Shown piece by piece: positions 49,270 to 60,937 of a stretch of 64,000 nucleotides of DNA. Both the position numbers and the translations under genes were made by a program. The notes below the pieces were generated by a model that was not told where the DNA came from, did not search any database, and saw nothing but the letters and a program-made list of their open reading frames with translations. The stretch is taken from NCBI GenBank assembly GCA_035623825.1, contig DASPSR010000049.1, positions 29,048 to 93,047 of the forward strand. Reading direction: 5' to 3'. The DNA comes from Nitrospirota bacterium. Lineage in GTDB: Bacteria > Nitrospirota > UBA9217. Positions within the stretch are counted from its first letter, which is position 1; every line of letters begins with the position of its first letter.

Positions 49270-50541
49270 ATGACAGCTCTCCTATTGGTCGTTTACCTTA
49301 TCAATCTGTCAATCGGGTTCTGGCTTAAATATTTGAACCTTACCTACCTGAAACGACACACTGAATCGGTGCCGCCTGAATTTGAGGGCGCCGTCGATCA
49401 CGGCCTTGTGCAGAAAATATCGCAATATACGTTCGAAAACAGCCGTGTAAACATGGTGGAATCAGCTATCGGGAATATTTTCCTTCTTCTCGTCTTTTTC
49501 GGCGGTCTGCTCGGTGTTTATGATAATTGGGTCACTTCCATGACCGGTTCGTTTATCGGAAGAGGGGTACTCTTCTTCCTGCTCCTCCTTTTCGTTGAAA
49601 CGCTGCTGGGAATGCCTTTCAGCCTTTACAGAAATTTCAAGGTTGAGAGCCGCTATGGGTTCAATACCATGCCGCTGGGTCTCTGGATCAGCGACCTGGT
49701 GAAATCTTTTGCGATTTCATCGATTCTCGGAGCGATTGTCATTGTCTCTGCGCTCTCCATCGTTCGATCGAATCCGAACTGGTGGTGGCTTTGGGTGTGG
49801 GCGTTTTTTTTGGTTTTCAGTCTGTTCATGATGTACATAGCCCCTTATGTTATCGAGCCGCTCTTCTTCAAGTTCGGACCCATCAAGACCGAAGGCCTGG
49901 AGGAAAAAGTAAGGTTGCTCATGGAACGGGCCGGGGTCCGTGTGAGCCGGGTGTTCCAGGTGGATGCATCGCGCCGAAGCCGCCACTCGAACGCTTACTT
50001 CACAGGAATCGGAAAGGTGAAGCGGATCGTGCTTTTTGACACATTAATCGAGCAGATGTCGCAGGACGAGATACTTGCGGTTCTCGCTCATGAAGTCGGC
50101 CATTGGAAAAAACGACACGTGTTAAAGCGCATCATCCTCACGGAGATTTTGGCGCTTGCAGGCGTGTTCATCGCATACCGCCTGCTACAATGGGACGGCC
50201 TCCCGGCTCTCATCGGCTCGAGCCCGCTTTCATTCTACGCAAAGGCCGTCGTCGTCGGCTTTCTTGGTTCACTGATAATGTTCCCCCTTACGCCACTATT
50301 CAATTTCCTGTCCAGGAGGGATGAACGCGAGGCCGACCGGTTTGCATCAGACCTCACTGGTCATCCCGAAGCGCTGGCTGACGCTCTTATAAAACTATCG
50401 CGCGAGAACCTTTCCAATCTGCATCCTCACCCTCTGTATGCAAAGTTCCATTATTCCCACCCTCCGGTCGTGGAAAGAATTCGAGGCCTCAGAGGGCGGC
50501 AAGCTGAAAACAAGGGACGGTCGACCAGACGTCATGTTTAG
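49270..50541 (+). CDS. M48 family zinc metalloprotease (Ste24/HtpX-like); start uncertain
   Basis: NAYFTG.G..KRIVLFDTL, HEVGH, E.EAD, SHP....RI; multiple TM segments. Confidence 0.93.
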   Translation: MTALLLVVYLINLSIGFWLKYLNLTYLKRHTESVPPEFEGAVDHGLVQKISQYTFENSRVNMVESAIGNIFLLLVFFGGLLGVYDNWVTSMTGSFIGRGVLFFLLLLFVETLLGMPFSLYRNFKVESRYGFNTMPLGLWISDLVKSFAISSILGAIVIVSALSIVRSNPNWWWLWVWAFFLVFSLFMMYIAPYVIEPLFFKFGPIKTEGLEEKVRLLMERAGVRVSRVFQVDASRRSRHSNAYFTGIGKVKRIVLFDTLIEQMSQDEILAVLAHEVGHWKKRHVLKRIILTEILALAGVFIAYRLLQWDGLPALIGSSPLSFYAKAVVVGFLGSLIMFPLTPLFNFLSRRDEREADRFASDLTGHPEALADALIKLSRENLSNLHPHPLYAKFHYSHPPVVERIRGLRGRQAENKGRSTRRHV

Positions 50542-50670
50542 GGATTTGAGTTAGATTTTGTTGTTTCTGCCGCCAAATATCGTTATCTGTAGTCTGGATC
50601 GATGTGTTCTGTCCGCTGGTTCTACACTTTCCGGTTGACCGTTGTTGGTGGGTTGTGCTATTTTTATTCC

Positions 50671-51954
50671 ATGACGAGATCCGCGGACATTGCCCGTCTT
50701 GAACACAAGATCAGCCGCCTCTCCACGCTCATCGAGGTGAACGGTATCATCAGCTCATCCCTCAATCTGGACCAAATCCTTGAGAACGTCATGACAATCT
50801 CGAAACAGGTGATGAATGCCGACGCATCGAGCCTCATGCTGATCGATGAAAAAACGAACGAGCTCGTGTACGAGGTGGCGCTTGGAACGGTTGGACAAAA
50901 GCTCAAGCAAGAATTCAGGCTCAAGATGGGACAGGGGATCGCCGGAACCGTGGCGCAAGAGGGGAAACCGCTCCTGTTAGAGGACGCGTACGACCATCCG
51001 AAGTTCTATCGCGGCCATGACGAGGCCACGGGCTACCGAACGAAGTCGATGATTACTGTTCCGCTCAAGGTGGGAGAGCGTATTACCGGCGTGGCACAGG
51101 TGATCAACAGACTCGACGGGAAGCCATTCGATGCCGACGATCTCGAGCTGTTCATCGCTCTGTGCAGCATGGCGGCGATTGCCATTGAAAACGCCAAGAT
51201 GCACAAAAGCCTGATGGAAAAGCAACGGCTCATAAAGGATATGGAGTTTGCACGGACGGTCCAGGAGAGTTTTCTTCCCCAACAGACACCGGTGATCAGG
51301 AACTACACGTTCAGCGCTCACTACACGCCAGCGCAAGAAGTGGGCGGGGATTTCTACGATTTCATCCATCTTGACGGCGGACGGATCGGCGTCGTGATCG
51401 GAGATGTCTCGGGCAAAGGAGTTCCTGCTGCCCTTTACATGGCAAAGCTGGGTAGCGATATGAAAACCCTTGCGTTCACCGAGGGAGAACCTTCTTCTGC
51501 CGTTCAAAAGTTGAATGATCTCCTCGTTGAGCGGAGCCGGCGCGGCATGTTTGCCACGCTTCTCTACATCGAGCTTGATTCGCAGAGCGGCAGGCTCGTG
51601 ATGGTCAGCGCGGGACATCTTCCGCCTATCATTCGAAAAGCGGATGGTTCGCTAAAAAAGCTCGCCGCTACAGGCGGATCGCCGCTCGGCATTCTAGCGG
51701 GCATGAAGTTCATCCAGGGATCAGCATCGCTTGAACAGGGCGATACCATGATCCTCTACACGGACGGCATAATAGAGGCCATGAACGGCCGCGAAGAACT
51801 GTACGGGTACGAGCGGTTTGAAAAGCTCCTGAGAAAAGGCCCGGCAGACCCCGAAGGCCTGAAAACGGCGATCATAAGCGATGTGAACAGGTTTACCGGC
51901 CTGAGCCCTCAGCACGACGACATGACGCTGGTATGCTTCGGTGCGCCGAAATGA
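50671..51954 (+). CDS. GAF + SpoIIE/PP2C phosphatase (RsbU-like)
   Basis: GAF domain (G.GIAG.V, F...D..L), VGGDFYD, GDVSGKG, AGH, YTDG..EA, DDMT. Confidence 0.93.
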   Translation: MTRSADIARLEHKISRLSTLIEVNGIISSSLNLDQILENVMTISKQVMNADASSLMLIDEKTNELVYEVALGTVGQKLKQEFRLKMGQGIAGTVAQEGKPLLLEDAYDHPKFYRGHDEATGYRTKSMITVPLKVGERITGVAQVINRLDGKPFDADDLELFIALCSMAAIAIENAKMHKSLMEKQRLIKDMEFARTVQESFLPQQTPVIRNYTFSAHYTPAQEVGGDFYDFIHLDGGRIGVVIGDVSGKGVPAALYMAKLGSDMKTLAFTEGEPSSAVQKLNDLLVERSRRGMFATLLYIELDSQSGRLVMVSAGHLPPIIRKADGSLKKLAATGGSPLGILAGMKFIQGSASLEQGDTMILYTDGIIEAMNGREELYGYERFEKLLRKGPADPEGLKTAIISDVNRFTGLSPQHDDMTLVCFGAPK

Positions 51955-52421
51955 ACGACAGGCGACAGATGAGAGAAGGTCGGCGAGAGGCGACAGAAGT
52001 GAAAGACCCGGGAGGGGAGACCGTTACTCTTACTGTCCCAAGTCATCCAAAATATCTCTATGTGGTGCGGAGCGCGCTGTATCCCATCGCGAGGAGCGCG
52101 GGGTTCAGCAAACAAGACACGCGGAAAATTGTTCTCGCGGTCGATGAAGCCTGCTCGAACGTAATCAAGCATGCATACGAGGGAGATCATGCCAAGACGA
52201 TTGCCTTGACCGTGACCGTGAACGGCGGGGGAATCCAGATACGGATTAAGGACAGCGGCAAGAAAGTAGACGCGGCCAAGATAGCCCCCAGAAGGCTCGA
52301 AGATATCCGGCCGGGAGGGCTCGGCACGCATTTCATGTTCACGATATTCGATACGGTTGAATTCGACACGAGCGGTGAACGGGGAACAATACTCACTCTC
52401 GTGAAGAAAAAGAAACAGTAA
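51951..52421 (+). CDS. RsbW-like anti-sigma factor/serine kinase
   Basis: LAVDEACSNVIKHAY, D.G, GGLG motifs; ATGA overlap with the phosphatase gene. Confidence 0.9.
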   Translation: MNDRRQMREGRREATEVKDPGGETVTLTVPSHPKYLYVVRSALYPIARSAGFSKQDTRKIVLAVDEACSNVIKHAYEGDHAKTIALTVTVNGGGIQIRIKDSGKKVDAAKIAPRRLEDIRPGGLGTHFMFTIFDTVEFDTSGERGTILTLVKKKKQ

Positions 52422-52441
52422 TCTCAGCAAGAGGTTCACTG

Positions 52442-52789
52442 ATGCGGGTTGAGATCGTTACCGAGAAGACAGATCCAGGTTTTTTGCTGAAGCTCGACGG
52501 TGAAGTCGATATGAATACATCGCCTGACGTCAGGAACGCATTTGCCGCTGTTTTCAAACAGGGTATCGAGAAAGGCAAGGCGCTGTTTGTTGACCTGTCC
52601 CACGTTCGGTACATGGACAGCTCGGGCATTGCGACTCTTGTCGAAGCCATGCAGGCATGTATGAAGCAGGGAACCAGGCTCCGGCTCGTTGATCTGAGCC
52701 CGCCCGTACGCGATGTGTTCGAGCTTGCGAGGCTTGCGAGTGTATTCGAGATATTCTCAACAATGAGGGAAGCTCTGACGGGACTATAG
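52442..52789 (+). CDS. STAS-domain anti-anti-sigma factor (RsbV-like)
   Basis: GEVD..TSP, DLS.V.YMDSSGIATL with the phosphorylatable Ser. Confidence 0.92.
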   Translation: MRVEIVTEKTDPGFLLKLDGEVDMNTSPDVRNAFAAVFKQGIEKGKALFVDLSHVRYMDSSGIATLVEAMQACMKQGTRLRLVDLSPPVRDVFELARLASVFEIFSTMREALTGL

Positions 52790-52982
52790 AACGGCAAGCT
52801 CGAAAGCACAAACTCCAATTCCCCATAAGCACATATCGAATATCTAATCGTGAAGCGGCTTGGAATCTGGAACTTAAGTATCTGGAAATTATTCGTTATT
52901 TGACGCCGGACGCCTGGCGTCACCTTGCGGAATAAACTGCCGGGGCGTTTCATATATACGCTCGGCAGAACTGGAGTTTCAT

Positions 52983-53771
52983 TTGCGGAACTTCTTCGGA
53001 CATGTCGGCAGGATGTTCATCGTCTTCCTCCAGGACCTTTCGAGCATGTATTTCCTGTTGGGGGAAACGTTGACTCAGACGGCCGTCGTACTGGTGGACC
53101 GCAATAAAAGAAAGCAGGCACGCCTCCTGGAACACGTTGACGAGATCGGCACGCACTCGCTGCTGCTCGTCCTGACCGTCGCCGCTCTCCTCGGCATTGC
53201 GCTCACAATACTGGTCTCGTTCGAGCTCAAGGAGATAGATGCGCTCAGTTACATCCCCGGATTTGTCGCCGTTGCGGTTTTTCGCGAGATCGGGCCGCTA
53301 ATCACCGGGATGATCGTGGCGGGCAGGGTGGGCGCAGCGTTTACCGCGCGGATCGGTACTATGAAGGTTTCTGAAGAGATCCTGGCGCTAGAGACCATGG
53401 CGATCAGCCCCGTGCGGTTCCTGGTTGTTCAGCGGTTCATAGGACTGCTTCTCGCCCTGCCGGCACTTACCATGCTTGCGAATTTTACCTCCGTATTGGG
53501 CGGCTTTTTATTTGGTTCATCCAGGCTTGGTATCAGGCCCGATACTTACGTGCGCGAAACGCTGGATGTGCTCCTGTTCAAGGACATGTACTCGGGGCTG
53601 GCCAAAGCAGCCGTCTTTTCCGTGGTGATCGTCATGGTGGGTTGCTATCGCGGCCTGACCGTGGAGGGCGGTGCAGAGGACGTAGGCAGGTCCACGATGG
53701 TCTCGGTGGTCTCGTCCATGCTTGCGATTATAGTTCTCGATACGATTATGACGGCGGCTTTTTACGGGTAA
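52983..53771 (+). CDS. Second MlaE-family ABC permease
   Basis: REIGPLITGMIVAGRVG, GTMKVSEEI.ALE, GGAE.VGRST. Confidence 0.9.
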   Translation: MRNFFGHVGRMFIVFLQDLSSMYFLLGETLTQTAVVLVDRNKRKQARLLEHVDEIGTHSLLLVLTVAALLGIALTILVSFELKEIDALSYIPGFVAVAVFREIGPLITGMIVAGRVGAAFTARIGTMKVSEEILALETMAISPVRFLVVQRFIGLLLALPALTMLANFTSVLGGFLFGSSRLGIRPDTYVRETLDVLLFKDMYSGLAKAAVFSVVIVMVGCYRGLTVEGGAEDVGRSTMVSVVSSMLAIIVLDTIMTAAFYG

Positions 53772-53779
53772 TAAAAACC

Positions 53780-54565
53780 ATGATCTCCGTGCAGAATGTC
53801 CAGAAAAGCTTCGGCAATCGCAGAGTGCTCGACGGGGTAAGTTTTGTTGCCGAACCGAAACAGACCACGTATATCTTTGGCACGAGCGGTGGCGGAAAGA
53901 GCACGCTCCTCAAAATCATGATCGGAGCTCTCAAGCCCGATAAAGGCGAGGTGCGGTTCGGAGACACGGACATCACAAAGCTCTCAGGGCACGAACTCGA
54001 TCCCTTTCGCAAGAAGATCGGGATGCTGTTCCAGCACGGCGCGCTTATCAACTCGCTTACCGTTGGTGAAAACATCGCGCTCCCGATCAGGGAGCATACC
54101 AATCTCGACGATAATATTATCAAGATCATGGTAAAGATGAAGCTAGAACTTGTTGGACTGCGCGATTTTGAAGGCCTATACCCTGGACAGCTTTCCGGCG
54201 GTATGCGGAAGCGTGTTGCGCTTGCCCGCGCCCTGGCCCTTGACCCGGAAGTGGTTTTTTTCGACGAGCCGACGTCCGGTCTCGATCCTGTTGTTGCCTC
54301 GGTCATAACCAAGCTTATCGCTGATATGAACCGGCTTCTCGGCATCACCTGCATCGTGGTCACCCATGCCGTGCAAGAGGCGATGCGGATTGCAGACAAG
54401 ATTATTTTCCTCTACATGGGGAAAGTCCTCGCCCAAGGAACACCTGACGAGATCCGCGGCAGCACCGACCCCGTGGTACAGCAGTTCATCACCGGAAACC
54501 CTGACGGCCCCATCTCGTTCCGAGCGTCGAGCAGAGACTACAGGGAGGATCTTCTGACCGGTTGA
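53780..54565 (+). CDS. Second MlaF-family ABC ATPase
   Basis: GTSGGGKS, FQHGALINS, LSGGMRKRV, FDEPTSGLDP, VTH. Confidence 0.92.
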   Translation: MISVQNVQKSFGNRRVLDGVSFVAEPKQTTYIFGTSGGGKSTLLKIMIGALKPDKGEVRFGDTDITKLSGHELDPFRKKIGMLFQHGALINSLTVGENIALPIREHTNLDDNIIKIMVKMKLELVGLRDFEGLYPGQLSGGMRKRVALARALALDPEVVFFDEPTSGLDPVVASVITKLIADMNRLLGITCIVVTHAVQEAMRIADKIIFLYMGKVLAQGTPDEIRGSTDPVVQQFITGNPDGPISFRASSRDYREDLLTG

Positions 54566-54708
54566 GTTTGCGGCAGAGCGCGGTATGAAATCAAATGACC
54601 TTTGGTCGCTGATGTACCGCGAAGGAGCTGTTGATACAAATATTTCAAGTTGTTCTTGGTTGCGGAAATCCGCAGCAGAATGGCGTTATCCCCGTTTGAG
54701 GTGTGATC

Positions 54709-55509
54709 ATGGAATACCGTCGCAGTGAAATACGGGCGGGAGCGTTCCTCCTGCTCTCATTCTGCATCCTGGTGGTTATGGTCTTTGTTGTAAGCGATGT
54801 GCAGAGTCTCTTAAAAAGGAAAAAAGAGGTAAAGGTGTTGTTTGCATTCAGCGATGGCATCGAGAAGAACGCCCCGGTGCGCTATTCAGGAATAAAGATA
54901 GGCAAGGTGGAGGGCGTCCGCATCGCGCCCGAGCATGGAGATCGGGTGGAGGTAACGTTGAGCGTGTACCAGGACACGGTCATCAAACAGGATACCAAGG
55001 TTGAAATCAAAACACTCGGTCTCGTGGGTGGAAAATATGTTGAGCTTAGCAACGGAACGGCGAAGGCAAAATCGCTCGGTCCGGATGAGATGCTCACAGG
55101 GGAGAAGTCGATTAAGCTCGAGGATCTGACCGAGGTCGCACTCGAAGTGGCAGGCAAGATTAAGAATGTCGCCACTAATCTCGACAGGACGCTGGGCGAT
55201 CCAGCGCTTACAAAATCCATTAAGACTTCAGTGCAGAACCTTCAGGAGATATCGCAGAATATAAATGTGATGACGTCGAGCAAGGATGAGGTGGCTCAGG
55301 GGCTCAAAGAGCTCCCGGAACTGCTGACAAAATTGGAAGAAATCGCTGACAATCTCAAGGCAATAACCGATAAGACTAATCTGATCATCGGCGACAATAA
55401 GAAGAATATCGATGCAATGGTTGAAAGTTTAAAGGACACAGCACAGAACCTGAAGGAAACCACGGATGACGTGAAGAAACACCCGTGGAAACTGATTAGG
55501 AAGCCGTAG
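54709..55509 (+). CDS. Second MCE/MlaD protein (MCE + helical tail, no barrel)
   Basis: TM, G....APVRYSGIKIGKV, GLVGGKYVEL, coiled tail ending HPWKLI. Confidence 0.9.
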   Translation: MEYRRSEIRAGAFLLLSFCILVVMVFVVSDVQSLLKRKKEVKVLFAFSDGIEKNAPVRYSGIKIGKVEGVRIAPEHGDRVEVTLSVYQDTVIKQDTKVEIKTLGLVGGKYVELSNGTAKAKSLGPDEMLTGEKSIKLEDLTEVALEVAGKIKNVATNLDRTLGDPALTKSIKTSVQNLQEISQNINVMTSSKDEVAQGLKELPELLTKLEEIADNLKAITDKTNLIIGDNKKNIDAMVESLKDTAQNLKETTDDVKKHPWKLIRKP

Positions 55510-55656
55510 GCAATACAATATCCAAGTCAAGGGAGAAATTTTAAAATGACGGGAGGATGGCTGGGCCGGTCATGCGCTTTCATTTCTCAGCGCATTGTAG
55601 GGAAATGTTCAGTATCTGGTTGTTACATTAGAACATGAACTGGTGGAGGAGTGCTG

Positions 55657-56913
55657 ATGAGTATTCAGGCAATCAAAGGGGTAAAGGACGTTCTGCCCGA
55701 GGATATAACCGCATGGCATCACCTTGAGGCCACAGCGAGAAAGCTGTTCGAGGACTATGGATACGCGGAGATCCGCATTCCCATCTTCGAGTATACTGAA
55801 CTGTTCGCCAGGAGCATCGGCGCTTCTACGGACATCGTGGAAAAAGAGATGTACACCTTCGAAGACAGGGATGGGAAAAAGATAACGCTCCGACCCGAAG
55901 GAACTGCCGGCGTGGTACGCGCCTTTGTCGAGCACAAATTGTACGCAGACAGCCAGCTCACAAAGCTCTACTACCTGGGCCCCATGTTCCGGCACGAGAG
56001 GCCGCAGAAGGGTCGGTACCGCCAGTTTTACCAGATAGGCGTAGAGGCGCTTGGCATGGACCACCCCCATGTAGACGTCGAAATTCTTGTCATGCTGCAT
56101 GCGTTATTCACGAGACTCGGCATCTCGGATCTGAGCCTCTTGATAAATTCTCTGGGGGACAGCGCATGCAGGGGAGGATACCGTGACGCGCTTAAAAAAT
56201 ATTTGTACCCAAAGCTCCCGACGCTCTGCACGGATTGTCAACGCAGGTACGAGACCAATCCCCTCCGGGTGCTGGACTGCAAGGTGGACGCTGACAAGTT
56301 CGGCGATTCGCCGGTGATGCTGGATTATCTCTGCGATGCCTGCAAAGCCCACTTTCAGGCCGTAGAAGCAGGGCTGACAATGACCGGCGTGCCCTTTAGG
56401 GTCGATCAGCGTCTGGTGCGCGGACTCGATTACTATACCCGTACTACCTTCGAGCTGGTTATGGGGCATATGGGCGCTCAGAACACGGTTGCAGCAGGCG
56501 GCAGGTATGATGGGCTGGTGCAGGAGCTCGGCGGGCCGGCAACTCCGGGGATCGGTTTTGCCCTGGGAGTTGAACGGGCGGTTTCTCTCATGAATGCGGC
56601 TTCATTGCAGCCGCCACGGCCGCATGTTTTTATCTCTGCACTCGGTGAAGAGGCTGTTCGCTTCGTCCTGCCCCTGATCCATAGTCTCAGATTGTCGGGC
56701 ATAAGGGTGGAGACAGACTATACAGGCGCGAGCCTAAAGAGCCAGATGAAGAAGGCGGACAAATCCGGTGCAGGTCATACACTGATTGTGGGGCAGCAGG
56801 AACTTGCATCGCAAACCGCTGTTCTCCGCAACATGCGGACCAAGGATCAGATTTCCGTCCCGCTTGCGGGTCTAGTCGAAGAGCTGAAATCGAAGGTCAT
56901 TGAACGCGAATGA
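55657..56913 (+). CDS. hisS: Histidine-tRNA ligase
   Basis: LRPEGTA, FRHERPQKGRYRQF.Q, VRGLDYY, GGRYD. Confidence 0.98.
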   Translation: MSIQAIKGVKDVLPEDITAWHHLEATARKLFEDYGYAEIRIPIFEYTELFARSIGASTDIVEKEMYTFEDRDGKKITLRPEGTAGVVRAFVEHKLYADSQLTKLYYLGPMFRHERPQKGRYRQFYQIGVEALGMDHPHVDVEILVMLHALFTRLGISDLSLLINSLGDSACRGGYRDALKKYLYPKLPTLCTDCQRRYETNPLRVLDCKVDADKFGDSPVMLDYLCDACKAHFQAVEAGLTMTGVPFRVDQRLVRGLDYYTRTTFELVMGHMGAQNTVAAGGRYDGLVQELGGPATPGIGFALGVERAVSLMNAASLQPPRPHVFISALGEEAVRFVLPLIHSLRLSGIRVETDYTGASLKSQMKKADKSGAGHTLIVGQQELASQTAVLRNMRTKDQISVPLAGLVEELKSKVIERE

Positions 56914-57002
56914 GGTCAGGAAAAACGGATTGATCGTGGAACGACTCCGTCTGTTTTTTGCCGCAATGATCCCCTCCCTCATTGTCTGAAAGGAACTGCA
57001 TA

Positions 57003-57482
57003 ATGAAAATTGGCGTTCTCTCTGATACGCACGTCCCGACTGTTGCTCGGTCGCTCCCCCCGGTCATTTTCGAAATTTTCAAAGGCGTCGGTCTTATCCT
57101 TCACGCCGGAGACCTTGTTGAGCTCTCGGTTCTCGATGAACTCAGGACTATCGCTCCGGTCGAGGCAGTTGCCGGGAACATGGACGATTCAGAGGTCCAT
57201 CTGAACCTTCCGGTCAAGAAGGTCATCCCTATCGGGAGATACGCCGTCGGACTTATCCACGGGAAATACAGGATCGACATTCAAAAAGAGATGATCAGGA
57301 AGGAGTTCGACGATGTCGACCTTATTGTCTATGGCCACTCACATACTCCCTTTTGGGGGAGGGTGGGCGGTATCCATTTTCTGAATCCCGGCAGCCCCAC
57401 GGACAAGCGGTATGCGCCCTATAATTCAGTCGCAGTTCTGGACGTAGGGCATGAGTTGAAGGCCGAGATCGTGAGGATATGA
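57003..57482 (+). CDS. YfcE/MJ0936-family metallophosphoesterase
   Basis: SDTH, HAGD, GNMD, HG, GHSH, NPGS. Confidence 0.92.
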   Translation: MKIGVLSDTHVPTVARSLPPVIFEIFKGVGLILHAGDLVELSVLDELRTIAPVEAVAGNMDDSEVHLNLPVKKVIPIGRYAVGLIHGKYRIDIQKEMIRKEFDDVDLIVYGHSHTPFWGRVGGIHFLNPGSPTDKRYAPYNSVAVLDVGHELKAEIVRI

Positions 57483-57615
57483 TTCTGCGATCGCGGGCAA
57501 CATCGCTGGGTGCAATCTCGAATGTTCATTGCGCGCTTCCGGTAATCATGCCTGGAGTGATTCGAGGCGTTTTAAGTTGCAAAGGCGAACTATTTATGAT
57601 ATTTATTCCATACCC

Positions 57616-59046
57616 ATGGTGAATGGAAAAATAAAATTTGGAACATCGGGATGGCGCGGCGTCATCGCAGACGATTTCACCTTCGGCAGGGTGAGGGTGG
57701 TCACCCAAGCCATTGCCGACCACATTACCTCACAGGGACTGAAGGATAAAGGTGTGGTTGTGGGATATGACACGCGCTTCCTTTCCGAACGGTTTGCAGC
57801 AGAATCGGTCAAAGTCCTCGCCGCAAACGGTATCCGCTCTTTTCTCTCGAACAGAGACGTTCCCACCCCGGCAGTGGCGTTCGACATCATCCGCAGGAAG
57901 GCCGCGGGAGGCATAAACTTCACCGCCAGCCACAACCCACCCGAATACAATGGCCTCAAGTTTTCTTCTGCATGGGGCGGACCGGCCTTGCCTAACATTA
58001 CTGCAGACATAGAAGCACGGGCCAACACGCTCATCGAAAAAAACATGATCCCTGTCGTTCCTCTTGCTGAGGCGAAGCAGAAAGGTCTAGTGGAAGATGC
58101 CGACCTGCGCAAATCCTATCTCGACGACCTTAAGAAAAAGATTGATTTCGAACCTATAAAAAGGGCGAAATTGAAAGGCGCCGTCGACCTGCTCTTTGGT
58201 ACGGGCAGGGATTATCTTGATAGCGTGCTCAGAGATGCAGGCTGTGCAGTTACGGTGATGCACGGCTATAGAGACGCTTTGTTCGGTGGCCGCCCGCCTG
58301 ATCCGTCGGAGGAAAATCTCGCGGATCTATCCAGTATGATGAAAAAGGGCAGGTTCGACATCGGCCTGGGGATAGACGGCGATGCAGACCGTTTCGGCGT
58401 CATGGACGCGGATGGAACGTATATCAATCCCAACCAGGTCCTTGCTCTGGTCCTGGATTACCTCTGCCGTACCCGGGGATGGAAGGGAGGCGCCGCACGC
58501 TCCATCGCCACATCGCACCTGATCGATGCGGTCGCAAAAAAGCACGGAATCGAGGTATACGAGACAGGCGTCGGGTTCAAGTTCGTCGGTGACCTGCTCG
58601 TGCAAGGTAAGATCATCTTCGGCGGCGAGGAAAGCGCCGGCATGACCATTAAAGATCATGTTCCGGAAAAAGACGGCATTCTCGCATGCCTGCTCGTCGC
58701 AGAGATGGTTTCGAGCGAGAGGAAATCTCTCAAGGACATGCTCAAACGGTTGTATAAAGATGTTGGTACTATCCTGAGCGAGCGTATCAACATTAACCTC
58801 ACGGAAGCAAACCGAAAGTTGGTCGGCGAGAGACTCAGCCAGCCCCTGAACGAACTTGGGGGCCTGCGGGTAAAAGGAAAGAAGACGACGGCAGACGGGA
58901 CCAAGTATATGCTCGAAGACGACAGCTGGGTGCTCATGCGCGCTTCGGGGACCGAACCGGTTGTGAGGGTTTACGTCGAAGCCGGGTCCGAGGAGAAGAT
59001 CAAGGAACTCACCGAAGCAGGCAGGGAGTTCATTCTGCGACAATAG
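57616..59046 (+). CDS. Phosphoglucomutase/phosphomannomutase family
   Basis: FGTSGWRG, TASHNP, DGDADR, GEES, RASGTEP. Confidence 0.94.
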   Translation: MVNGKIKFGTSGWRGVIADDFTFGRVRVVTQAIADHITSQGLKDKGVVVGYDTRFLSERFAAESVKVLAANGIRSFLSNRDVPTPAVAFDIIRRKAAGGINFTASHNPPEYNGLKFSSAWGGPALPNITADIEARANTLIEKNMIPVVPLAEAKQKGLVEDADLRKSYLDDLKKKIDFEPIKRAKLKGAVDLLFGTGRDYLDSVLRDAGCAVTVMHGYRDALFGGRPPDPSEENLADLSSMMKKGRFDIGLGIDGDADRFGVMDADGTYINPNQVLALVLDYLCRTRGWKGGAARSIATSHLIDAVAKKHGIEVYETGVGFKFVGDLLVQGKIIFGGEESAGMTIKDHVPEKDGILACLLVAEMVSSERKSLKDMLKRLYKDVGTILSERININLTEANRKLVGERLSQPLNELGGLRVKGKKTTADGTKYMLEDDSWVLMRASGTEPVVRVYVEAGSEEKIKELTEAGREFILRQ

Positions 59047-60375
<1,329 letters not shown>

Positions 60376-60451
60376 ACCGTCTTACTGCAGAGATCACGAA
60401 AAGCGCAAAGGGATCCGAACTTCGCGCTATTTTCGGCAAAAATTAGCTTTA

Positions 60452-60856
60452 ATGGACAGACCTGCCTTTGAAAAACTGGTTCAAAATTGCCTCAAGCGTC
60501 TTCCGCGAAGGTTCAAGCAGAAACTCGACAATATCGCCATCGAGATAGAGGACCGTCCCTCTCCAGACCTTCTAAAAGACATGGGCATAGAGTCCGGTAC
60601 GCTCTTCGGACTGTACCAAGGAGTGCCGCTTACTCATCGGGCATGGAACTACGGCAACGTGTTGCCAGACCGGATAGTGATCTATCAACAGCCGATTGAA
60701 GCCGCGGCTTCGTCATCAGAAGAGATGGAGGAGGTCGTCGCAAACACGGTGATGCACGAGATTGGTCATTATTTCGGATTTTCCGATCATGAGTTGGATG
60801 AGATGGAGGAGGAAAAAAGAAAGGGACAACGTGGCGTAAATAACGGCAATAGATGA
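60452..60856 (+). CDS. Zincin-like minimal metallopeptidase (DUF1025)
   Basis: LFGLYQGVPL, PDRI.IY..P, HEIGHYFG. Confidence 0.88.
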   Translation: MDRPAFEKLVQNCLKRLPRRFKQKLDNIAIEIEDRPSPDLLKDMGIESGTLFGLYQGVPLTHRAWNYGNVLPDRIVIYQQPIEAAASSSEEMEEVVANTVMHEIGHYFGFSDHELDEMEEEKRKGQRGVNNGNR

Positions 60857-60937
60857 ATGCCCTAAGTCCGCCAGGTGAGCGCCTTCGCACCGGACCTTGC
60901 ACGGATCATTATCTCAGCAGCAATCAGGAGGCGGCTG

